Below, one piece after another: positions 14,222 to 23,957 of a stretch of DNA of 64,000 nt. The notes under the pieces are model-generated. The model was not told the origin of the DNA and made no database searches. It saw only the letters and a program-made list of their open reading frames with translations. Origin of the DNA: Epithemia pelagica. Lineage: Eukaryota; Protista; Bacillariophyta. The stretch lies in NCBI GenBank assembly GCA_946965045.2, contig OX337229.1, forward strand, positions 124,001 through 188,000, in the 5' to 3' direction. The position numbers and the translations under genes were made by a program. The first letter of the stretch is position 1. Every line of letters starts with the position of its first letter.

Positions 14222-14476
14222 GTCCCCACTAAGTTCCCACCATGTGCCCACATGTGCCCACATGCCGACAACCCCCAAATGGAGGCGCTCATATGACCTA
14301 GATATGTCACATATGGGTGTCATGTGGTATCCAATGTTGATGGAGGATGTCTTGAAGAAAAAGTTTGGGCATCCACATGCTGCCGTAGGTCTAATATTGG
14401 CCATGTTCTATCTAGTTGAAAACACGTTCCCATAGGGCCATTTTGGCCTGTAATGGGCACACGGCTAGAGGAGGCA
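14222..14476 (-). repeat. Right terminal inverted repeat (~255 bp, imperfect)
   Basis: Reverse-complement partner of 7536-7790. Shared blocks include GTGTGCCCAT, TAGATAGAAC, CAATATTAG and TGACATAT. Confidence 0.85.
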
Positions 14477-15081
14477 CTATCTACTCCGTACTCCGTACAC
14501 GATTCACTCTATCAGGTCTAGAGGTGGAGGAGTCGTCGGTCGTGCCAAGCGACAAGCGATCCGCATTCGGTCTTGTGGAGCGCGCGAGGAACGATTCTCG
14601 GTCGTGTGAGCCTTGTGTCAAGCGGGGCCAGTCACGACTCGTTAGATACTTCTTTAAATGGACGCGCGCGATCGAGCCTGGTGAGCTGGTTAAAATTTCC
14701 GTTCGCTGATCCATGGACACACACTCCACAGACAGAGGTGCATGGAAATTTTTTACCGTAAACACAACGCACGACGACGAGAGACAGAGACCTCTTCAAC
14801 ACACACACAAACAATCTGTTCCTCTCGTTCTTCTTCTTCGCCAATTCTCGTTTGGATACCCTTCCCTCTCAATTCAATCTTTCCCCAGAAGTCACACACA
14901 TAATACTAGTGTGAAATCATCCAAGAAAACCACTGCGACACTAATTCTCGACAGAGCAACAACAGACCGTAGAGACTGCTCTTGGATCCTCGTCGCGTGT
15001 CGGTTTGTTTGGTCCTCTCGGTTTCATCTTTCAACCACCAACAGAAGAAGAAGAAGAAGATTGTTTGTCATTCGCAGCAAC

Positions 15082-17133
15082 ATGGGTGTCTTGAAACGAT
15101 ACATTCCTCCCAGGACAATGAATCGTTCCTCACTGCCTCTCGAGGCTTCTTCTTCTTCTTCTTCTCCACCAGAGCCGCAAGAACCACAACCAGTCACATC
15201 AAACAACGCCACAAAGGCCCACGACAGAGAACTGTCGGAAAACGAATACCAAGTGGTCCTTCCCAATGCCTATCAATATCAGTTTTACTTTCAAACCAAT
15301 GCGCAAGGCGAAACGTGTTTTTACAAGTGCAAACTCAAAAAAGAATACGATACTTCAAGCAAAGGAGTGGTACGGCCCGCTGGTTCGACCGAGGATCGAA
15401 CCGTCCATGGACTCGTTGGAGCCACTCACAACCACAAGACCGACACTGCGGCTCCTGCTGTTGCCAATCCGAATTGGTTTCGTCATCGGGGCGATGTCTT
15501 TGTGGCCATTAACGGCATTGTGTGTACTCACACCAACAACAACAACAACCACCAGTACCCGTCGGATGATCGGACTGTGGCCACCACCAAAACGACACGT
15601 TCCAAAAAAGGGTTGGCCTCTGTCAAGACGAAAAGTACGACCACGACCGATGCCAAATCCTTGATTCGCCACTACAGCATCAAGCCTTGTACTACCACCA
15701 ATAGTAAGAATGGCAATGGTAGTATTACCTTTGTCCTGCGAGACTGTACGGCCCAGCCGAATTTGGACCAGCAAATCCAAACGCTGCAAGATGACATTCG
15801 ATTGCATTCCATGAAATTGTCCAAATTGCAACAACTCATGGATGTTGTCAAGGAACACAAACGAGAAAAGGAACATCAATTGCAACAATTGGTGCAGATG
15901 CAACAGCAACAGCAACAACCACCACAGGAATCGGCCACCACCACCAAGGATTCGAAACCGCCGCCGCCTCCCCCACCACCACCCAAATTGGCCTTGCACA
16001 AACCGTGGCATTCGTCATCATCATTGTCCGAACCTGCCACTCCGTCTTCTACCACCCCGAAAAAGGAACCCACGAAATTGGAACAATTTCTTCACAACAA
16101 CAGTCCGCCCAAACCGTATCACAACATGAATAAGGCACCTCCCCGACGACGCGTCGTCTTGGGATTGCCACCCGCCAAACAAGAACAACAATCACAACCG
16201 ACTTTGGAAAGTTCTGCAAACAAACCCTTGTTGCTGGAAACGCACGACGATACTACTGGAGAAGAAAAGAAGGAAGATGTGGAACCAACTTGGGCGGAGG
16301 CCCCAAAAGAACAACCCTCCTTGAGCGGTCCTACGAATACGAGGACCACAACGTCTGATGTGGAACCATCCTCCGACTTGTTTCCCTTTGTGCCCCAGCA
16401 GCAGTTGCATCCATTGGACTCTACGAACAACATCAACAACAAGACCAAGACGTTGCCAACGGCCACTCCGCCGGTATTACCAATTGTGTCACCACTGGAT
16501 CAGGAAACGGCCATGCTCATTCATACACACGAGCACGATGAGGATGACGACGATGACAATGATGGCTTGTTGCTCATGCACAATCATTATACTGCTACGA
16601 CGGCGGAAACAGACGAGGATCATCCAGCCTGGGATTCGTCGTCCGTCTCGGTACCCGAACCTTCCAATGGTGGTGGTCGATTGAAACGATGGAATCGTCG
16701 CTTGTCCATTGGCAGTCACCATAGTAGTAGTACCAGGAGTCGATCCGCGTCTCTGCGTCGGCGATCTACGTCGACGGCTGCCTCCGCCGCCAATTCTGTG
16801 TCACCTCGTCGAACGGCTGGTTCCGTGCGTCGATCCATTCAAGGAGGCTTGTCTTCTCTGTTTCAGTCCAACCACAATAAAGATAACAATCATCATCATG
16901 GACCCCACGACGGTTCTGTCGAAGGCGGCAACAAACACTTGCCACCCCTGGAACAATATAAGCAACTGCCCTCGCCCACCAACCACAATACTGCCACTCC
17001 AAACAACCACAACCATGACACTACCGGCGCCTTGGCCCAGACTCGTCCGCCATCCTCCTCGTCCCTCTGTCAATTGGCCACCTCGTCCTCTTCGTCCCCA
17101 CCCATTGCCATTGAAGAACGAGGATGGGATTAA
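15082..17133 (+). CDS. Low-complexity protein with a divergent PDZ-like domain and coiled coil
   Basis: ATG at 15082. EYQVVL..YQFYF..GDVFVAING..ITFVLRD is followed by the heptad segment LDQQIQTLQDDIRLHSMKLSKLQQL, the same layout as the genes at 56.2-61.4 kb. Confidence 0.6.
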   Translation: MGVLKRYIPPRTMNRSSLPLEASSSSSSPPEPQEPQPVTSNNATKAHDRELSENEYQVVLPNAYQYQFYFQTNAQGETCFYKCKLKKEYDTSSKGVVRPAGSTEDRTVHGLVGATHNHKTDTAAPAVANPNWFRHRGDVFVAINGIVCTHTNNNNNHQYPSDDRTVATTKTTRSKKGLASVKTKSTTTTDAKSLIRHYSIKPCTTTNSKNGNGSITFVLRDCTAQPNLDQQIQTLQDDIRLHSMKLSKLQQLMDVVKEHKREKEHQLQQLVQMQQQQQQPPQESATTTKDSKPPPPPPPPPKLALHKPWHSSSSLSEPATPSSTTPKKEPTKLEQFLHNNSPPKPYHNMNKAPPRRRVVLGLPPAKQEQQSQPTLESSANKPLLLETHDDTTGEEKKEDVEPTWAEAPKEQPSLSGPTNTRTTTSDVEPSSDLFPFVPQQQLHPLDSTNNINNKTKTLPTATPPVLPIVSPLDQETAMLIHTHEHDEDDDDDNDGLLLMHNHYTATTAETDEDHPAWDSSSVSVPEPSNGGGRLKRWNRRLSIGSHHSSSTRSRSASLRRRSTSTAASAANSVSPRRTAGSVRRSIQGGLSSLFQSNHNKDNNHHHGPHDGSVEGGNKHLPPLEQYKQLPSPTNHNTATPNNHNHDTTGALAQTRPPSSSSLCQLATSSSSSPPIAIEERGWD

Positions 17134-17869
17134 GACTACAAAGACATATGTCTGATGACAATGATGATGATAATGACGATAGAGCACATCGCACATGTGA
17201 ACCCACCACACCAGGAATACTCGTCGTCGTCATGACTGGATTTCATGAACAATACTAATACATAATATAATATAGTGAACCTAGTCGTTTTGCGGAGCAG
17301 CAAAGCTTCCACACTGACAAAGTCATGGGTAGTTCGTTCATGCCCGCGATCCCTAGCAATCCCTAGCAAACACGCCCTGCCGACGGATCTCACGTAATAC
17401 GCCTTTGGACCTGGAACAGGAAATTGCAGATTCACCGATGGAAAACATTTAGTTTGCCACCATTCCAGCCATGCTTGCTTCTTCTTCGTACTCTAGAGAG
17501 TGCTGGTCTTGGGTTCAGTAGATGATCACATCCTACTAGGGTCTTTCTCCTTTTTGCTATCCTATATGCTCTCATTGAAGACACTGTCGGATAGAATGGC
17601 CTAAACTCCCAGCGGAGGTGAAAATCTGTGACCCGGTCCGTCCGTCCAACAGGATAATTGGACAAGAGACGACACACCAAATCCGACATTTGAGCGACTA
17701 AAAAGTGCTTCGGAGTACTTACTGCGCAAAGAATCCCCGAACTTTGGAGTTTCCCCGCGGCTATTTGCCATATCTCATTCCTTTGGTCGACTCTCAAAGA
17801 GCTGTTGTTGTCCTAGAAACCACTCTTGCTTGTTGGAACGGCAACAAGCAACAAGACAAGACCATCATC

Positions 17870-20437
17870 ATGATGCGGTTTCTCAAGAAAGCGCTGGCGA
17901 GGCGCAAGAGCAAAAAGTTTCCCGAAAAAGACAAGGATAGGAACGACTATGATCAACACTGTCCCAGCCCTCATGATTCGGCCGCCTTTCTGGTCGAAAA
18001 TGAAAAACCAGCGACTGCCACTACCACTACTACGAAAACAAAAGACAAGGAGTCCTCCTCCAAGTCGAAGGTGGAACAGTCCTCCTCCTCCTCCTCGTCG
18101 GGTGCCACCAAATCGAACGTAGTAGTGGAACAACCATCCTCCTCGTCGGGGGCCGCCAAGAACGCGGAGGAGGAACAACCGTCCTCCACGACCATGGTCC
18201 AGTCGATTGCGATTCAATCGCACGTGGTGAAATCGGCGGGCTTGGCCGATCTTGCCGATGAAAAAATCTCGGTCAATGAAGCCAAGGCGGCCAAATTTCG
18301 AACCTTTTATCGAACGCAAGCGAGTAGTATGGTGGATGGAGACCCGAGCAACTCGAACAGCAACGGCGATTCTTCTGGGAACAACGACAAACCAGTGGAC
18401 GCCTTGACCATTATTCGCAACAATTTGCCCCAAGATCCCTTGTTGAGCACGCCCTTTGGCAATCGTCGGACGACGTATGCGGATTATACGGCCAGTGGCC
18501 GATCCTTGCGATTCTTGGAAGAATACATTCAACGCGTCGTGGCGCCCTTGTATGCCAATACACACACGGAAACCTCCGCCACGGGCCTGCAAACGACACA
18601 CTTTCGAGAAGAAGCCCGTTCCATTATCATGCAAAGCCTTGGGGCCGACCCCGAACAGTACAGTCTCATTTTTACCGGCACCGGATCGACCGGAGCCATT
18701 TGGAAACTCATTGCCATGCTCGGAATTCACTGTCCAGTCCAATTGCAGCCGCACTTGAAATTCGACAACGACAAGGACGACGGCCAAACCAAACAGGAAA
18801 AGGTGTTGGTGCTCATTTCGCACTGCGAACATCATTCCAATGAACTCATGTGGCGCGAGACGGTGGCGGACGTTATTCCCATTCCCAATGACGAGACTGG
18901 ATCCTTGGATTTGACCTTTTTACGAACAATTTTGGAAGAGCACAAGAATAACTATCAGACCATTATTGGGAGCTTTACGGCGGGGTCCAATGTCACGGGC
19001 TTGACGACCAAACCAGAACCCGTGGCCGACTTGATGCACGAATTTGGCGGTTATGCCTGTTTTGATTACGCTGGAGCCGGTCCCTACAAGGACATGAAAA
19101 TGATTTTAAAAACAGATGACGATGGCACCCCGACGACTTATTTGGATGCCATTTACATTTCTCCGCACAAATTTGTGGGCGGACCGGGCACTCCCGGATT
19201 GCTCTGTGTCCGCAAGGACTTCGCCAATTGCCGCAATGGCCTCGATGCGCCTCCCACCATTGCGGGAGGGGGCACCGTGACCATGGTCTGGCCGTCCGAT
19301 GTCGATGCCACGGCCGATTCGAATCGAACCTACGAGAGTATTTTGCATGTCCGCGAAGAAGCGGGGACACCGGGGATTGTCGAAAGCATTCGGTGTGGCA
19401 TGGCCTTTTACATTCGAGGACTTGTCGGTCCCCATACCATTGAAGAATTGGAAGGGCGGTATGCCAAGACCGCCGTCGAGCGCATGCATGCCAAACAAGT
19501 CTGGGTCATGGGCGACACCTTTTCGGGAATTCACTCGGCCGATCGACTGTCTATTACATCCTTTAATGTGTGGGCCAAAATACCAGGCCTCCAGCACGTG
19601 ATTGAAAACGCCGGAGAGAATGTGCCCCGGGGGACACTGATTAATCCAGTCAATGGCAAGCCCTTACTGTTGCATGCCCACTTTGTCGCCGCCCTTCTCA
19701 ATGATGTCTATGGGATTCAGGCTCGTTCGGGATGTGCCTGCGCCGGTCCACTCTCCTTTCGACTCTTTGGGGATCGCTTCCCGTTCATGACCCGCAAAGC
19801 CACTGACGAACTCGTCGATCTCGCCGAAAAAGAGTTTCACTCGCTCAAGCCCGCTTTTTGCCGGGTCAATTTCAATTACTTTATTGATGAGCAAGAGTTT
19901 GACTATATTTTGTCCGCGATTGAACAAATTGCCGAGCATGGATGGAAACTCTTGCCACTCTACGCGCTCTGTCTCAAGACGGGCCAATACTGGTACAATG
20001 GTCTCGTGCAGGATGAAAAGGGCAAATACACATCCTTTAACCGCTTTGACGCGGTCCGTCGAATCAAGGAAATTGAATTTCAATCCGACGGGGCCGTCAC
20101 CTGGAATGAATGCCGGCATTCCAATGAGAATCGGCACCAGTACTTGGACGAAGCCCTCCAAATTTATGACTCGGCGCCGCAATTGGTCCGTCAAATGCTG
20201 TTCCGGTATCGCGATTTACGGAGACGAGACATGAAGTTTCCCGAACGCTTGGACGAATACCGATTCTTTGCCCTGGGATCCGAAGTCTTGCCCCATTTGG
20301 GCATTTCCGACGAGGAACTCCAAACCTCTCGGGCGTCCGCCATGGCGGCCGATAACGAACAAAACCCCATGATTTTGGCCTACCCCAAACACCCGACCGC
20401 CAATCCGTGGTTCACCATGGATCGGCCTCGTGGTTAA
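17870..20437 (+). CDS. Class V aminotransferase / probable cysteine desulfurase-like PLP enzyme
   Basis: Motifs YADYTASG, YANTHT, FTGTGSTGA, EHHSN, AGSNVTG, FDYA, SPHKF (PLP lysine), GGGTV, EEAGTP and RSGCACAGP; low-complexity N-terminal extension. Confidence 0.88.
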   Translation: MMRFLKKALARRKSKKFPEKDKDRNDYDQHCPSPHDSAAFLVENEKPATATTTTTKTKDKESSSKSKVEQSSSSSSSGATKSNVVVEQPSSSSGAAKNAEEEQPSSTTMVQSIAIQSHVVKSAGLADLADEKISVNEAKAAKFRTFYRTQASSMVDGDPSNSNSNGDSSGNNDKPVDALTIIRNNLPQDPLLSTPFGNRRTTYADYTASGRSLRFLEEYIQRVVAPLYANTHTETSATGLQTTHFREEARSIIMQSLGADPEQYSLIFTGTGSTGAIWKLIAMLGIHCPVQLQPHLKFDNDKDDGQTKQEKVLVLISHCEHHSNELMWRETVADVIPIPNDETGSLDLTFLRTILEEHKNNYQTIIGSFTAGSNVTGLTTKPEPVADLMHEFGGYACFDYAGAGPYKDMKMILKTDDDGTPTTYLDAIYISPHKFVGGPGTPGLLCVRKDFANCRNGLDAPPTIAGGGTVTMVWPSDVDATADSNRTYESILHVREEAGTPGIVESIRCGMAFYIRGLVGPHTIEELEGRYAKTAVERMHAKQVWVMGDTFSGIHSADRLSITSFNVWAKIPGLQHVIENAGENVPRGTLINPVNGKPLLLHAHFVAALLNDVYGIQARSGCACAGPLSFRLFGDRFPFMTRKATDELVDLAEKEFHSLKPAFCRVNFNYFIDEQEFDYILSAIEQIAEHGWKLLPLYALCLKTGQYWYNGLVQDEKGKYTSFNRFDAVRRIKEIEFQSDGAVTWNECRHSNENRHQYLDEALQIYDSAPQLVRQMLFRYRDLRRRDMKFPERLDEYRFFALGSEVLPHLGISDEELQTSRASAMAADNEQNPMILAYPKHPTANPWFTMDRPRG

Positions 20438-21979
20438 AAGTACTACTAGTCGTAGCAGACGTGGTGGTGATGATAAGGAGGAGAACGAATGGGGAACTAA
20501 TAAGAGTACTTGGCGAAAGTGGAATCTTTGCTGCCGCAACAAGAGACTATTCTATGTTCACTAGTATTATGTTTTACTAGGTAGTCGTCACGACACAATG
20601 ACGATGATTCTTTGGACGCTCCAATCCAAACGGCCATGGAGAGTCTCTCTCTCTATATATATGTATACACACAAAAAAGAGCTCTTTACTCGCTCATAGT
20701 AATAGTAGGGACCCTGAGCTGTGGAGGGAGTCGGGTGTGTGCCGCTGGAAACTTCAAGCTAGTCCTCGCTCTAGTTGCCATAGCGGATAGCTCTGGACCT
20801 TGGGTCGACCACAAGGATTGCCTACTGGCAGTGTCGTTTTCGAGTCGCTCTCAGTCGTCGTTTCCATCCACAGGACACCAGGACAACAACAAGGTCAAGT
20901 TTCTCCCTTTCCCAGTAGATCCATACCAAAAAAACCCAACAACCGTGTCCTTGTTCTAGTTTTGTCTCTAGTGTCTTCCGCTCTCTACAGGGGGACCTCT
21001 CTCGCTATGATGAGAGGAAGGAGTGCATGGTGGATCATCGCAGGGTTAAAAAAACCAAGTCAAATGACATTGGGCCATTGTTCCTTGTTTTTCGTCCCCG
21101 TCCACTTGCGGCCCTCCTTGGAGACTCATTGTCGTCCGCCGTGTATCCTTCTCACCCTCCCTTTCTCCTAATAGAGTACGATCCTCCTCATTTTCATGGG
21201 ACGACGTGTTTCGTTGGATTCATCCGTGTATTCTCGATTCGGTTTGAGGACACTGTACTATATCCAAACCATAATAAGAGTGATATTCCACAAGAGCCTG
21301 ACTGAACAAACTGTCCATAGCCTGACGGAACAAACTGTCCAGGCGAATAAATATTCGGGGAGGCACACGTTGATCGGTTCCGTTTGCAGGTGCGTGATGC
21401 GTGTTGCTGAGTCCAATCGAGATTCGTGGCATGTTTGTCTTCCGTGGATAAGACGTGTTATTCGCTAGTCTTGATGGTTTTGTTTAAAAGGCTTGAGTAT
21501 ATTGGACGACGTCTTCCAGATAATCATGCTCCAGCAACAACCATGAAGAATGAACAAACTGTCCAGGCCAAATATGCTTGGGATGCATCGCACACATCAT
21601 CCTTATTTGGAATTTGGACATAACAAACTTCTATCCGTAAAATATGGGAACGTCGATCGCCAGATAGAGAGATAAAAGAGATATAAGATAAAAAAGAAAG
21701 GCGGGCTAGACTAAGTCCAACCAATAAGTTTAATTGGTGGATCTGTGGATTTTGCAGCCCATAGTTCGATTATTCTTGGTAGGGAAGTAAAACTTCAAGT
21801 TGCTCTGGGGGGCGTACAGTATCGGTCGCGCATAACCATTTTCCGACCCTTATCTACTGTTAGTTTCTCAGACACAGACAGACATTTTCAGTTTTCGAAG
21901 GAACTCTTGGTTCTGTTCGTAGATTTGGTATAAGCCCAACGAACTCGCATGTTGAATCGCAACCAATCTTGGCTATCCG

Positions 21980-22092
21980 CAAGAAGCGCGACCGATATTG
22001 AGCGAATTTTAAGCGAATAGCTAACCCCATGAGGGGCAACCGGTCTAGGTCTCACTTGTAGAATTTTCCTCTGTAAACGATGGCGTAATTTG
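21980..22092 (+). repeat. 5' LTR (113 bp, CAAGAAG...TAATTTG)
   Basis: Identical to 28102-28214 (offset 6122); similarity stops abruptly on both sides. Confidence 0.92.
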
Positions 22093-22111
22093 GTTTATCA
22101 GACCCATCACG
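22093..22111 (+). other. Putative primer-binding site
   Basis: GTTTATCAGACCCATCACG directly follows the 5' LTR and loosely resembles the complement of the tRNA-iMet anticodon stem region. The host tRNA is not available to test this. Confidence 0.3.
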
Positions 22112-22511
22112 ACTCTTTTATGAGCTTTACCTCAACCATGGCCTGGGAAGGTCGCGAAATATCTGGATCATTCGCTCCGAGAATGACCGCCCAAGGTTGG
22201 ATACCTGTTCTCCCTTCCTCTACTACATATCTCACCTGCAACGGGGTTAGAGATAGAGGATGTGATATGCGGTCAGCTTTCGCGCGCATATCGGGCAATG
22301 ACGGACGCGTCACACATCTTGCCGTTGAAAGATGACAGCCATACGGACACTTTCGTTGCTTAAATGCTTAATGAAGTGCGCCGTCCTGGCACCATGCGAG
22401 CTCTCGACTCAAATTCTACTTTTCCTCGCTCGCAAATGAAAGCGAGATTATCAGGTGAAGTATCTGCACACTTTCACCGGAAAGCCCAACTTCACCCGAA
22501 TAAGAACTACA

Positions 22512-23957
22512 ATGGCAGCGATTCCTCCAGCAAGCCCTCTTGACATCTTGAATGCCTACATGGATGTAGTGCTCCAAATCACCGATCAGGCAGCTCGTGA
22601 TGCCTTGAATGCTCAGGGACTACGAGCAATTAGTGACTTCGAAGCTCTGAGCGAAGATGATATCGCTGAAATTTGCTCAAATGCCAGGAAACCTGGTGGC
22701 ATGATCCCCAATCCTAATCCTCTTGGACCACCGTTGATTGCTAATCCTGGTATCATGATTGGTCATCTGGCTGAGAAACGCCTCAAGATGTTTCGTTACT
22801 TTGTTATCCATTTGAACAAGGTGAATCGGACCTTTGTCGGTACTGTTCCCAACTTGGCCGATCTACAAACACTCTATCAATTCAAAGAGAGTGAGACGGA
22901 ACATGACAACGAAGTTCCCATGCCGGAGAAACTCACATCGATTGAGAATATCCGTGTTGTTTTGGAGGACCTCGATCATTATCTTGAGTCCAAGCGAGGT
23001 GTCACTGGCATTCCTTTGGCTGCGTACACTCGTAGCGATCCCAACGTTGCACCTGAAAATGAAGATCCGACTTTCGGTGCTCCAACTATCCTGGCGGAAA
23101 TGATCAGGCGAGCACCACATACAGGCCCTACCTATGCTGCCGACAATCTTGCCGTGTGGGATGTTGTCAGACACATCACACATGATGGACCAGCATGGGG
23201 CTGGGTGCAACCATTTGCACGCGCACGCAATGGACATGCTGCCTATCAAGCCTTGCGTACCCATTATCTTGGTGACGCTTTCCAATCTCGTCTCCGTGCT
23301 AAAGCAGATCAAACACTCGAAAGTGTGTATTACGACGGAACAAAGCGCAATTTTACCTATGAACGATTCATAGAAACTCTGCAACGGGTATTTACTGACC
23401 TTGAGTCAACAGGCAAAGCTGTGAGTGAAGAGAGAAAAGTGCGCATTCTCCTCACAGGCATTGCAGATGCACGACTCGAGAGCGCAAAGAATCAAATTCT
23501 TGCAACCCCTACTCTCAGAGCAACATTTGAAACCGCATCGAACTTCCTTGCAGAAGTTTTAGACAGCAAGGTCTCCTATAGCGCCTCCAATAGGAAGCAA
23601 GCCAGAATCTCCTCGATCCAATCCCAAAACAAAGGAAAGGGAAGGAACAATAATGGCCGTAACAATAAGAAGAATGAAGATAAAGAAAAGGAGGAATTAA
23701 CGGACCGCTACTATACTCCAAAGGAATGGTCAAGGTTGAGTGGGCCAGAACGCCAACGCGTTCGGGAGGTGCGTGAAGAACGCGATAAAAGGAGAGGAGT
23801 GGCATCCGTCACGAGTCAATCCCGAAAGAAGGCAAAGAAGGATGCACAGAATAATGACACTCCCGATGTCTCCGAAGAGTCCTCTGACGAAGCTAGCAGA
23901 GGCATTGGCGCAATCATGAGCCAGCGCAAGAAGAAACGAAACTCTGAAAATTTGTGA
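22512..23957 (+). CDS. gag: Copia Gag
   Basis: 481-aa ORF downstream of the 5' LTR with a basic C-terminus and a YYTPKEWSRL motif; no CCHC knuckle seen; ends in TGA. Confidence 0.85.
   Translation: MAAIPPASPLDILNAYMDVVLQITDQAARDALNAQGLRAISDFEALSEDDIAEICSNARKPGGMIPNPNPLGPPLIANPGIMIGHLAEKRLKMFRYFVIHLNKVNRTFVGTVPNLADLQTLYQFKESETEHDNEVPMPEKLTSIENIRVVLEDLDHYLESKRGVTGIPLAAYTRSDPNVAPENEDPTFGAPTILAEMIRRAPHTGPTYAADNLAVWDVVRHITHDGPAWGWVQPFARARNGHAAYQALRTHYLGDAFQSRLRAKADQTLESVYYDGTKRNFTYERFIETLQRVFTDLESTGKAVSEERKVRILLTGIADARLESAKNQILATPTLRATFETASNFLAEVLDSKVSYSASNRKQARISSIQSQNKGKGRNNNGRNNKKNEDKEKEELTDRYYTPKEWSRLSGPERQRVREVREERDKRRGVASVTSQSRKKAKKDAQNNDTPDVSEESSDEASRGIGAIMSQRKKKRNSENL

Noticed and set aside
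21940-21979. Longer canonical TG..CA LTR
   Set aside because: No similarity between the sequences outside the 113-bp repeats at either end; nearby TG and CA dinucleotides have no counterpart.
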